NCBI GenBank assembly: GCA_001567365.1
Contig: JZEL01000014.1
Span: forward strand, 1 to 43,247
Origin: Parcubacteria bacterium OLB19
Lineage (GTDB): Bacteria; Patescibacteriota; Minisyncoccia; Phycocordibacterales; UBA918
DNA length: 43,247 bases
Direction: 5' to 3'
In this document: positions 29,521-38,913 of the stretch, one piece after another
Layout: the number at the start of each line of letters is the position of its first letter
Numbering within the stretch: the stretch's first letter is position 1
The notes under the pieces: generated by a model
What the model saw: the letters and a program-made list of their open reading frames with translations, nothing else
What the model was told of the DNA's origin: nothing
Database searches by the model: none
Program-made: the position numbers and the translations under genes

Positions 29521-31629
29521 ATGACTGACAAAAAAGACAACAAAAAAAGTACCTATGACGCCTCATCTATTTCAGTTTTGGAAGGTTTGGAGCCGGTAAG
29601 AAAACGACCGGGAATGTATATTGGTACTACTGGTCCTGAAGGTCTTCATCATTTAATTTGGGAAGTATTCGATAACTCACGTGACGAAGCGATGGGTGGT
29701 TTTGCAAATCGTATTGAAGTGGCACTACTGCCGGGCGGATATGTTCGTGTGGTAGATAATGGTCGTGGTATTCCAGTTGATATTCATAAACAAACCGGTG
29801 TGTCAGCTCTTGAAACTATTCTTACTGTTCTTCATGCTGGAGGTAAGTTTGGTGGAGAAGGATCTGGATATAAAGTGTCTGGTGGTCTTCATGGTGTGGG
29901 TGTGTCGGTAATGAATGCCTTATCTTCTCATGTGATAGTAGAAGTACACCGTGATGGTGGGTATCATATGCAAGAGTATGCTATCGGTGTGCCTAAATAT
30001 AAAGTTAAAAAAATTGGTCCTTCTAAATTTAAAGGTACCATTGTAACTTTCCAAGCCGACGCTACTATTTTCCCTGAAACGGCTTATGATTTTAAGAAGA
30101 TTGTGAACCACTTGCGTCAACAAGCATATCTGGTAAAGGCGATGCAATTATCTGTAATTGACGCCAGATTAGTAGCAGGAGAGGAAGCTTCTGTTCATGC
30201 TTCTGAAGATAAGGGTGTGAAGAAATTTTTAGATGGCATTAAAGGCAAACAATATCTTTCCGATGAACATTTAGAAGTTCCTCATCAACATTTTTATTTC
30301 GAAGGTGGTTTGCGTTCATTGGTGGCCTTTAACAACCACTACCAAACTCCAGTCCATAAAAATATTTTCTACATTGAAAAGAATGATGTCGATAGTGCGG
30401 TTTTGTCGGTAGAAGTTGCTCTACAATACGTTGATGATATTTCTGCTCGTATCTCTGCTTTTGCTAACAATATTTACAACCCAGAACACGGAACTCATGT
30501 AACAGGTTTTAAGACTGCGCTAACTCGTACATTAAATAACTACGCTAAGAAAAACAATTTTTTCTCAGCTAAAGAAAAAGACCCTAGTTTTACTGGTGAT
30601 GATGTACTTGAAGGTATTACTGCGGTGGTTTCAGTAAAGATGCCGGAAATTCAGTTTGAAGGACAAACTAAAGCTAAGCTAGGATCAGTTGAAGCTCGTG
30701 GTGCGGTAGAATCAGTTTTTGGTGAGGCTTTTGCGACTTTCTTAGAGGAAAATCCCGATGATGCCAAGGCGATTATCAATAAAGTGATTATCGCAGTGAA
30801 GGCCCGTAAAGCTGCAAAAGCAGCGAAGGATAGTGTGCTTAGAAAAGGTGCTTTGGAAGGCATGTCGCTACCAGGTAAGTTGGCTGATTGTCAAAGCAAA
30901 AAAGCCGAAGATTCAGAGCTTTTCATTGTAGAGGGAGACTCGGCGGGAGGTTCAGCTAAGATGGGACGAGATAGAAAGACTCAAGCTATTTTAGCTCTCC
31001 GAGGCAAGATTCTTAATGTTGAAAGAGCTCGTATCGACAAAATGTTGGCTTCCGAACAGATTAAAAATGTGGTGATTGCACTTGGTACGGCTATCGGTGA
31101 TGTGTTTGATATTACACGTCTTCGTTATCACAAGATCATCATCGCTACTGACGCTGATGTTGACGGGGCACATATTCGAACGTTGCTTTTGACTTTGTTC
31201 TATCGCTATTTCCGGCCTTTAGTGGATGGTGGATTTATCTATATCGCTCAACCACCGCTCTATAAAATTCAACGAGGTAAAGAGACACATTATGCATTTG
31301 ATGATGCGGAAAAGTTCAGGATTTTAAATGATATGGGCGTGAGCACAGCTGAAGAGGAGACGGTAGAAGAAGAAAATAACGAGGAGGAAACAGAAACCGC
31401 TAAGAAATCAACTAAGGTAAGAATTCAGCGCTATAAAGGTTTGGGTGAAATGAATGCGGAAGAATTATGGGAAACCACTATGAATCCAGAAAATCGTATC
31501 TTAAAACAGGTAACGGTTGAAGATGGATTGATGGCAGATAAGGTGTTTGATATTTTGATGGGTACCGATGTACCAAGTCGAAAGTCCTTCATTCAGTCCA
31601 ATGCTAAGATGGCTAATCTCGATATTTAG
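29521..31629 (+). CDS. gyrB: DNA gyrase subunit B (type IIA topoisomerase B subunit)
   Basis: LEPVRKRPGMYIG; SGGLHGVG; VEGDSAGG; TDADVDGAHI; RYKGLGEMN. Confidence 0.96.
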   Translation: MTDKKDNKKSTYDASSISVLEGLEPVRKRPGMYIGTTGPEGLHHLIWEVFDNSRDEAMGGFANRIEVALLPGGYVRVVDNGRGIPVDIHKQTGVSALETILTVLHAGGKFGGEGSGYKVSGGLHGVGVSVMNALSSHVIVEVHRDGGYHMQEYAIGVPKYKVKKIGPSKFKGTIVTFQADATIFPETAYDFKKIVNHLRQQAYLVKAMQLSVIDARLVAGEEASVHASEDKGVKKFLDGIKGKQYLSDEHLEVPHQHFYFEGGLRSLVAFNNHYQTPVHKNIFYIEKNDVDSAVLSVEVALQYVDDISARISAFANNIYNPEHGTHVTGFKTALTRTLNNYAKKNNFFSAKEKDPSFTGDDVLEGITAVVSVKMPEIQFEGQTKAKLGSVEARGAVESVFGEAFATFLEENPDDAKAIINKVIIAVKARKAAKAAKDSVLRKGALEGMSLPGKLADCQSKKAEDSELFIVEGDSAGGSAKMGRDRKTQAILALRGKILNVERARIDKMLASEQIKNVVIALGTAIGDVFDITRLRYHKIIIATDADVDGAHIRTLLLTLFYRYFRPLVDGGFIYIAQPPLYKIQRGKETHYAFDDAEKFRILNDMGVSTAEEETVEEENNEEETETAKKSTKVRIQRYKGLGEMNAEELWETTMNPENRILKQVTVEDGLMADKVFDILMGTDVPSRKSFIQSNAKMANLDI

Positions 31630-31634
31630 TTTTT

Positions 31635-31698
31635 GTGGTGCAATAAATATAAAAAGCCGGCGCTTTGGCGCCGGGCTTTTTTATATTTATTGCACCAC
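31635..31698. terminator. long near-perfect palindrome between convergent gyrB and the CARDB gene
   Basis: GTGGTGCAATAAATATAAAAAGCCGGCGC-TTTG-GCGCCGGGCTTTTTTATATTTATTGCACCAC. Confidence 0.8.
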
Positions 31699-32695
31699 CA
31701 CTGTCTGTTCTAAAATATTATTGCCTTTATTTTTATCTCTGTCCGTTTTGATTTCCACTTTAATTTTTTTGTAAATCAGTGTCTTTGATAGCAGGGAACG
31801 AAAGAGTGATTGTCGCTCTTTCATTTGGTTTTAGTGGGGATTGTGTATTTGAGGTAAAGTCTACATCACCAGGTAGTTTGGCAGAAAAAGTCCAAGTCTC
31901 GGAGGTTCTGGTACCAATGTTGTGTACGACAAACTGCACTGCTCCTTCCTTATTTTTGGTTATAGAATTTGTTTTTACAAACACGCCAGCGTTGTTTTTG
32001 GTACCAATCAGCAAGTTACTCAAGAGTAGGTCAGTGAAGCCGTTTGGGTTAGAAACTGGTATTTCATAGGTGTAAATGATTTCCGGAGTAGATGGTTTTG
32101 GTATGGTTGGTTTTGTACTGGTGGCAATGGGTTTCTTGATTTCTTCAGGTATATTCTCCTTTTCTTCATCAATCTTTACGATGTTACTGTTAGTAATAGA
32201 GACGGTTTTGCTTACATTGGTGTCTGGGGTTGTTTCATTTTTTCTAATATAGGCAATATTGAATTCTGCTTCAACAAAAGGAGATTTAGTAGAATCTATT
32301 TTCAACTCTATGTGATCAATTAGACCCAGATCGTGCGGTTGATTACAAGCTAGACTGGTAAAGTCTTTGTCTTTGGTTTTGAGATCAATAGCTACTCCGT
32401 CAGCACAAGTATAGCTAAAGGTAAAAGAACCAGTTTTTACCTCTTTGTTCCACCAGACCACCAACGTTTCACCGCTTTTTATAGTAGAGCTGTCGGTCAT
32501 AATCTTTAAGTCCTTATTAGCGTTATAGTTATAAACAGTATCAGCTAGAGAAGCTAATGAACTGATGGCGCTAGGGAAGAGTTTTACCACCTGCGTTGCT
32601 GACCAAACTAAAATCAATAATACAACGATCAAACTAATAAAACCGAATATCTTGTTTTGTTTAGGGTTGCTGTTTTGTCCATTTTCCGTATTCAT
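31687..32695 (-). CDS. membrane-anchored protein with C-terminal CARDB-like Ig domain; frameshift in A7 tract at 31764-31770
   Basis: N-terminal TM; DL...VQFVVHNIGTRTSETW...LKPNE; removing one A restores ...QKIKVEIKTDRDKNKGNNILEQTVVVQ*. Confidence 0.75.
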
Positions 32696-32791
32696 AATAA
32701 CGAAACGCTACTACTATTAAAAACCTTTGTCAATAGAACATTTTTAAATTGACAATGACTATATATTATGTTATTATGTAAAGGTGATTAT

Positions 32792-33454
32792 ATGAATAAT
32801 TTCGAGTCGACAAAAATCTCAAGAGAAGTGAGGCTAAAGTTTGCTTTGGTCTCAGTTTTTGTGTTTTTGGTTAGTTATTCGCTTTTGGCTTATTTTGATT
32901 TTTTACCTGAACCAGTCGAAAATGAGGTTGAAAATACTGTTTCTGAAATTAAAGAAGCTATGGAAATAGTTTCTACAGAGCCTGTTGTGGCTACTTCAAC
33001 AGAAGAGGAAGTTGGTCAATTGCCAGAAAAAATCACCTTCAATTCTCTCAATCGTTCAGTTGCAATCCTTAATCCAACTTCAAAATCTATTCAAGATCTC
33101 GATAATGCCTTGCTTAGTGGGGTAGTTAGACATCCTGATTCTGCTATTTTGGGTCAATCTGGCACTGTTTTTATTTTGGGTCATTCTAGTTATCTACCAA
33201 AGGTAATAAATCCAAATTTCCAAGCCTTTAATGGTATTCAAAATCTAAAATGGGGAGATACAATCCGTCTCGAGTCTGAATCAAAAGTTTATGTATATAG
33301 AGTAGATAAGGTTTATAAAGCGCGTGCTACCGATACTACTGTGCCAATTGCTGGGGAAGAAAAACGACTGGTTTTAGCGACATGTAACAGCTTTGGTTCG
33401 GTTGATGATCGGTATATTGTCGAAGCGGATTTAATTGAGGTCAGAGCTTTGTAA
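32792..33454 (+). CDS. sortase
   Basis: N-terminal TM; catalytic triad pattern ILGHSS, LVLATC, DRYIV; L.WGD.I; probable start ATG 32792. Confidence 0.9.
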   Translation: MNNFESTKISREVRLKFALVSVFVFLVSYSLLAYFDFLPEPVENEVENTVSEIKEAMEIVSTEPVVATSTEEEVGQLPEKITFNSLNRSVAILNPTSKSIQDLDNALLSGVVRHPDSAILGQSGTVFILGHSSYLPKVINPNFQAFNGIQNLKWGDTIRLESESKVYVYRVDKVYKARATDTTVPIAGEEKRLVLATCNSFGSVDDRYIVEADLIEVRAL

Positions 33455-33461
33455 GACTAGG

Positions 33462-33684
33462 TTGACAAAACCATAAAAATCAATTATAGTAGGAGTAATT
33501 CGCTTGTTCTAACTTTTTTTTTTATTTTTCTAACTTTTTCCGTTAATTATAACTAATTTTTGGATATTTAGAATGTGATTATTGTTGTTCTTTTTTGGTG
33601 CGGTTTGTGATTTTGATTACTCTTGCGTGCAAAGAGTGTAGGTAAGAGTATAGAATTTATAAATCTCTTTATTATTTTTAAAAT
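33462..33684 (+). promoter_or_regulatory. near-consensus promoter and ~190-nt U-rich leader of the surface protein gene
   Basis: TTGACA(33462)-17-TATAGT(33485). Confidence 0.6.
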
Positions 33685-35964
33685 ATGAAATTATTTTCAT
33701 CTCTAAAGCAGGTTCTACCGTTTCTATTGGTAGCCGTACTTACTTTTGGAGTTTTAAACTTCGGATCTTATGATCCTCATAACGAATTAGGAGCGCTTAC
33801 ACCAAGTAGTGCTATAGGTTTTACTATTCCTACTTTTGATGGACCAACTTCAGGTTCATCTAGTTCTGGTTCGTCATCTAGTAGCTCTGGTTCATCTTCA
33901 GGATCAAGTTCCTCAAGTAGCTCGTCATCTAGTAGCAGTTCAGGATCAAGTAGTTCGGCTATGGGTAGTTGTAAGGTAACAGCTAGCTTGACTGAAGTGT
34001 CATATGGTTCGGATATAACTATCTCTTGGACCACTTCTGGTTTTTCTACTATTACTTTGAACGGTGAGGCTGTTAGTGGTTCTTCTGGTTCAAAAACTTT
34101 CCATAACATTAAGGAAAATACTGATTATACATTGGTAGCAAAAAGCGCTGATGGTAATTCTAGTTGTACTTCAACTGTTAGGGTTAAGTGTTTACCACCA
34201 CCTCCACCGATTCCATCAACTTGTACTCTAACACCAACTACTAAGACTATTCTTTCTGGTGAATCTGTAGATCTAACTTGGACTACTTCTAACGCTGCTA
34301 GCGCTACTTTGACTGATTTTGGTACTGTAGCTCTCAGTGGAACAAAGAATACTGGGGCGTTGACTACCAATAAAACCTACACTCTTAATGTTGTCGGTAC
34401 CAACGGTCAAACCGTATCTTGTAAATCAGATATCACCGTGACTGTTACTCCACCTCCTCCAGTTATTACTTGTCAAAATAATGTAAACTTTACTATTAGT
34501 CCTAATAGTATTAAGGAAGGTGATTCAGCTACTCTAACTTGGAGTACAACTGGTATTACTGGTGTTAGTTTTGATAATGGTATAACTGCAACTGGACTTA
34601 GTGGTTCAGTGTCTGTTTCACCAAATGTATCAACTACATATACTCTAACCGCTACTAGTGGTACTTCGACTATTTCTTGTCCAGCATCATTGACGGTAGA
34701 ACGTAATAACGGTGGTGGTGGCGGTGGTGGATCATCTACTCCAACTTGTGAACTAACTGTTTCTAAGAACAAGATTACTAAAGGTACAGAGGTAAAACTA
34801 AAGTGGGAAAGTAGTCGTGCTACCAGTGTGAAATTGATTGATAGTAAGGGCAAGACTTTGGTTACTACTGAAAATCTACTAGGTGATGCCAAGACCGACT
34901 TGTACGATGGTTCAATTACTGTAAAACCAACTAGTGACACAACTTATACATTGATTGTAGAAAGAGGTTCACGTGATCGTGAATGTAAGGTAAAGGTTGA
35001 CGTTGAAGATAATGTGGTAGTGTCACAAATTCGTGATCAACAACCGTTAGTTTCTGGTATTGCCTTAACTGACGTTCCTTATACTGGTTTTGAAGCTGGT
35101 CCAATTCTAACTTTCTTGTTCTACTTTATTCTAATGTTGTGGGCTATGTATGTGGCTTACCTAATAGTGATTAGACGAAACTTGTTAGGTGGTGGATATC
35201 AACTAGCTACACCAACTGAGATAAAAGCGATTCCAGAAACTACTGGTACACAAAATGTTGTTGAAGCAACAATAGTAACTCCAGAGGTAAATAATGTTAA
35301 AGCTTCTGCTCCAGTAAATCTGCCAACTGGCATACCAGTTATTGGTTATGCAAACTATGGTACGATCGCTGGTGATCATATTGATGATGAGATGATTACA
35401 CAAATCGAAAATTATGCTCATACCCAACACGTTCTATTGTCTTCTGATGCTATTCGTCACTTCATAAATAGTACTAATAGTGGTGAAGAAAGGACTGAGG
35501 CACTTGGTCAGGTTATTAAAACTGCAAAATCTAAGTTTCCAACTGAGGACGGATGGGTGGTAGTAAATGAAACTAGGATGAAAGATTTGTGTGCAGATTT
35601 GACACCTAAGCAGTCTGAAGTAATTGTGGCCGAAAACAAAATCCCAACTGTATTACCATCAGGTTCTGGGTCATTGGCGGAAGCGATTGTTACCGGTAAC
35701 GTGGTGGCGGCTTATGAAATGATTGGTAATCGTCCAATGTTTGCTCTAGCTGATGCTGCTTCTGATCTTGATTCAGTAGTGCGTAAGCGTAAGGGTGGTA
35801 ATGAGATTATATCTGAAATGTTGCTACAAGAGACTGCAAAATTGTCTGATGAGCAATTATTGAAAATGGTAGAAGCTTTGACTGGTGCACTCGATGGTAC
35901 TTATACCGATGAGGCGTCAGCTGTAAAGATGGCTATTATGAAAGCAGTAAAAATAGTAGCGTAA
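33685..35964 (+). CDS. large surface protein: poly-Ser linker, four Cys-bounded Ig-like repeats, internal VPYTG plus TM, cytoplasmic helical domains
   Basis: Repeats C.....I..G....L.W...TY.L......C; VPYTG at aa 464 (35074-35088); TM followed by RR; ~260 aa after the TM. Confidence 0.85.
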   Translation: MKLFSSLKQVLPFLLVAVLTFGVLNFGSYDPHNELGALTPSSAIGFTIPTFDGPTSGSSSSGSSSSSSGSSSGSSSSSSSSSSSSSGSSSSAMGSCKVTASLTEVSYGSDITISWTTSGFSTITLNGEAVSGSSGSKTFHNIKENTDYTLVAKSADGNSSCTSTVRVKCLPPPPPIPSTCTLTPTTKTILSGESVDLTWTTSNAASATLTDFGTVALSGTKNTGALTTNKTYTLNVVGTNGQTVSCKSDITVTVTPPPPVITCQNNVNFTISPNSIKEGDSATLTWSTTGITGVSFDNGITATGLSGSVSVSPNVSTTYTLTATSGTSTISCPASLTVERNNGGGGGGGSSTPTCELTVSKNKITKGTEVKLKWESSRATSVKLIDSKGKTLVTTENLLGDAKTDLYDGSITVKPTSDTTYTLIVERGSRDRECKVKVDVEDNVVVSQIRDQQPLVSGIALTDVPYTGFEAGPILTFLFYFILMLWAMYVAYLIVIRRNLLGGGYQLATPTEIKAIPETTGTQNVVEATIVTPEVNNVKASAPVNLPTGIPVIGYANYGTIAGDHIDDEMITQIENYAHTQHVLLSSDAIRHFINSTNSGEERTEALGQVIKTAKSKFPTEDGWVVVNETRMKDLCADLTPKQSEVIVAENKIPTVLPSGSGSLAEAIVTGNVVAAYEMIGNRPMFALADAASDLDSVVRKRKGGNEIISEMLLQETAKLSDEQLLKMVEALTGALDGTYTDEASAVKMAIMKAVKIVA

Positions 35965-35980
35965 TCACTACTAAAAGTTA

Positions 35981-36053
35981 AAAAAGCGCCGGCACGAAGT
36001 GCCGGCGCTTTTTAATACCAAGCACCGCGCCTACGGCGCGGGGCTTGGTATTA
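35981..36053. terminator. tandem GC-rich hairpins (cGAAg loop; cGTAg loop on the minus strand)
   Basis: AAAAAGCGCCGGCAC-GAA-GTGCCGGCGCTTTTT and TAATACCAAGCACCGCGCC-TAC-GGCGCGGGGCTTGGTATTA. Confidence 0.8.
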
Positions 36054-36473
36054 CTGCCTCTCAATTTTCTCAGTTTTGGTTTTTTTCTCCAGACACCCAA
36101 TACATTTGCAATTATCTTTACCGATGATTTCGTTGAAATAAAATTTTCCGTAGTTGTAAGTTAATTCTTCGCCAGTTTTGATGTTTCTTTTGGTATAAAT
36201 ATACACATGCTCTTCTTTATCATCTAGTTCTGGATAACAATTTGGTTTACAAGAATGATTGATATAGCGAGCCAGATTTTCTCTGCCTTTGCCATCGATT
36301 GTCCACTTATCATTCAGTTCAAATAAATATTTACCACCTCGTTTGTTGGCCTCCTCTTCAGTAATTTTCTCACCAGTGTATTCAATAATCATTTCTCCTT
36401 TTTTAAAATCACGAAGGGCAAACAATCCCAAACCACTCTGACTTTTTTTAGTTTGTACATTTTCATTTTTCAT
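36051..36473 (-). CDS. SET-domain protein (putative lysine methyltransferase)
   Basis: GLGLFA; IIEYTGE; ARYINHSCKPN; GEELTYNY; post-SET CKCIGC. Confidence 0.93.
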   Translation of the reverse strand: MKNENVQTKKSQSGLGLFALRDFKKGEMIIEYTGEKITEEEANKRGGKYLFELNDKWTIDGKGRENLARYINHSCKPNCYPELDDKEEHVYIYTKRNIKTGEELTYNYGKFYFNEIIGKDNCKCIGCLEKKTKTEKIERQ

Positions 36474-36555
36474 AAGTGATAAATATTATAATGTCTTCAG
36501 TGGTTTTGAACAGTGTATAAAAAATAATTTAAGGGGAATTTGTTATCATATTGAT

Positions 36556-38913
36556 ATGAATCAAGTTCTTGAAAAATATATCAGAGCCACTAATTATCTC
36601 TCTGCTACACAAATTTATTTGCGTGATAATTTCTTATTAAGAGAACCCTTACAACGTAAACATATAAAACCCAGACTCCTTGGTCATTGGGGTACTTGTC
36701 CGGGTGTAAATTTCACTTACGCACATTTGAATAGAGCAATCATTGCTCACGATCTAGATATGCTTTTTGTGCTTGGTCCCGGACATGGTTTTCCGGCTAT
36801 TCAGGCAAACTTATTTTTAGAGGGTACTTTATCAAAGTATTATAAAGATATCGGTCGCAATAGTGAAGGTATTGCCAAAATGGTAAAACAATTTAGTTGG
36901 CCATATGGTTTCCCTAGTCATAGTAATCCGGAGGCACCAGGAGTAATTTTAGAGGGTGGGGAATTAGGTTATTCACTTTCCACTTCTTACGGAGCGGTTT
37001 TAGACAATCCTAATTTGATTGTTGCTTGTTTGATTGGTGACGGTGAAGCGGAAACTGGCCCAATTGCGACAGCTTGGCATTTAAATAAATTACTTGATCC
37101 TGCTCATAATGGTGCTGTGCTCCCGATACTACATTTGAACGGTTACAAAATATCTGGACCAACTTTCTTTGGTCGAATGAGTGATGATGAACTCTCGGCT
37201 CTGTTTACTGGTTATGGTTATAAACCATATTTTGTGGATTCTTATACTGAGGACGATGTGCATGCAAGAATGCAGACTGTTCTTGATCAGGCTATTAACG
37301 ATATTCATTTTACGCAACACTGTGCTAAAGAAGGAAGTTTGCGTGACAATCCACGTTGGCCAATGCTTATTCTTCGTACTCCAAAAGGTTGGCATAGTAT
37401 TGCCCAAATTGGTGATAAAAAGATTGAGGATAATCATTATTCACATCAAGTTATCGCTGATGGTGCGTTGCAGAATGATGAGGAATTTAGATTGTTGGAA
37501 GAATGGCTACGATCCTATCGTTTCGATGAGCTTTTTGACGGTGAAAGATTTGATGCCGATATTGAATCATTAATACCAAGAGAGGGTAGGTGTATGGGAG
37601 ATAATAAGCACGCTTTCGGCGGACAAGCTGTTTGCCAACCGCTTAATTTGCCTAATATTTATGAATACGATAGAGAAAATACTTGTAATTTAGATGATCC
37701 AATTTGTGGTGAGGTAAGTAGTATGGAAAAGATCGGTGCTTATCTTCGTGATACAATGCAACTAAACGAAGGTGAGAGGAATTTACGTTTATTTTCACCA
37801 GATGAAACTTACTCCAATAAGTTACAAGCAGTTTTTGATTATACTAATCGCACTTTTGTATGGCCACATAAGGAGTGGGATAAGGATCTGGCGCATGATG
37901 GCCGAGTAATGGAAATGTTATCTGAACATAGTCTTCAGGGTCTTTTACAAGGTTATGTTTTAACTGGTCGACATGGAGTGTTTGCTTCCTACGAAGCATT
38001 TATTCAGATTGTAGCCAGTATGGTCGATCAGTATGCTAAATTCTTAAAAATCGCTCGCAATGTGTCATGGCGTGGAGTAATCCCATCGTTAAATTACATC
38101 TTAACATCAACCGGTTGGCGACAAGAACACAATGGCTTTTCTCACCAAAATCCAGGTTTTATTGATGATGTATTGCAACGCCAAGGTTGTTTTACCAATG
38201 TCTATTTCCCAGCTGACGCCAACATTGCTTTAGTAACATTTAAGAGAATGCTCGAATCTACGCGTGAGATTAACGTTATGGTTTGTGAAAAAAGACCACT
38301 ACCAGTTTGGCGAACAATAGCTGAAGCCGAAAATGATGTTAGGGATGGCATCTCAATTTGGGATTTTGCTAGTGATAAAGATCCTCATGTAGTCTTAGCT
38401 GCGGCTGGGGACTATCCTACCCAAGAGGTTTTGGCAGCTATCAGTATTGTGCGTCAAAACCTACCAAAATTGCGAATGCGCTTTGTGAGCATTACTTCGC
38501 TGTCGGCTCTTGGTATCGGTAATTCCACTTGTCGAGTCCTGCCATATAGTTTTGAAGACTATTTTACTGAAGACAAACCTATTATTGTGAATTTTCATGG
38601 CTATCCGCAAACTATGAAGCAAGTTTTGTTCGACTATGGTTGTGATGCGGAGAGGGTTCGTGTACATGGATATGAGGAAACCGGATCAACTACCACTCCT
38701 TTTGATATGATGGTAAGAAATCGAGTCGACCGTTTTCGTTTAGCGATGGAGGTCTATAACGTAGCCTTTAAAGCTGGAGTTGCCAGTGAAAAGAAAATAA
38801 GAAGTTTGATAGATGAAATACAAACTAAATTGTCAGATCATCGTGCTTATGTAATCGAAAATGGTGATGATCCTATAGATATAACAAATTGGATATGGGA
38901 GTCACGCTCATAG
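36556..38913 (+). CDS. xfp: phosphoketolase (Xfp)
   Basis: LGHWGTCPG; EGGELGYSL; GDGEAETG; LHLNGYKI; WRQEHNGFSHQNPG. Confidence 0.97.
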   Translation: MNQVLEKYIRATNYLSATQIYLRDNFLLREPLQRKHIKPRLLGHWGTCPGVNFTYAHLNRAIIAHDLDMLFVLGPGHGFPAIQANLFLEGTLSKYYKDIGRNSEGIAKMVKQFSWPYGFPSHSNPEAPGVILEGGELGYSLSTSYGAVLDNPNLIVACLIGDGEAETGPIATAWHLNKLLDPAHNGAVLPILHLNGYKISGPTFFGRMSDDELSALFTGYGYKPYFVDSYTEDDVHARMQTVLDQAINDIHFTQHCAKEGSLRDNPRWPMLILRTPKGWHSIAQIGDKKIEDNHYSHQVIADGALQNDEEFRLLEEWLRSYRFDELFDGERFDADIESLIPREGRCMGDNKHAFGGQAVCQPLNLPNIYEYDRENTCNLDDPICGEVSSMEKIGAYLRDTMQLNEGERNLRLFSPDETYSNKLQAVFDYTNRTFVWPHKEWDKDLAHDGRVMEMLSEHSLQGLLQGYVLTGRHGVFASYEAFIQIVASMVDQYAKFLKIARNVSWRGVIPSLNYILTSTGWRQEHNGFSHQNPGFIDDVLQRQGCFTNVYFPADANIALVTFKRMLESTREINVMVCEKRPLPVWRTIAEAENDVRDGISIWDFASDKDPHVVLAAAGDYPTQEVLAAISIVRQNLPKLRMRFVSITSLSALGIGNSTCRVLPYSFEDYFTEDKPIIVNFHGYPQTMKQVLFDYGCDAERVRVHGYEETGSTTTPFDMMVRNRVDRFRLAMEVYNVAFKAGVASEKKIRSLIDEIQTKLSDHRAYVIENGDDPIDITNWIWESRS

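Noticed and set aside
30165-30290. Insertion in GyrB (also one in Ndk) as a possible intein or intron
   Set aside because: Short in-frame insertions without intein terminal motifs or intron structure; probably lineage-specific loops.
33777-35430. Antisense ORFs over the surface protein, including an ELLDDE-repeat ORF
   Set aside because: They mirror the poly-Ser, poly-Gly and Thr-rich codons on the plus strand.
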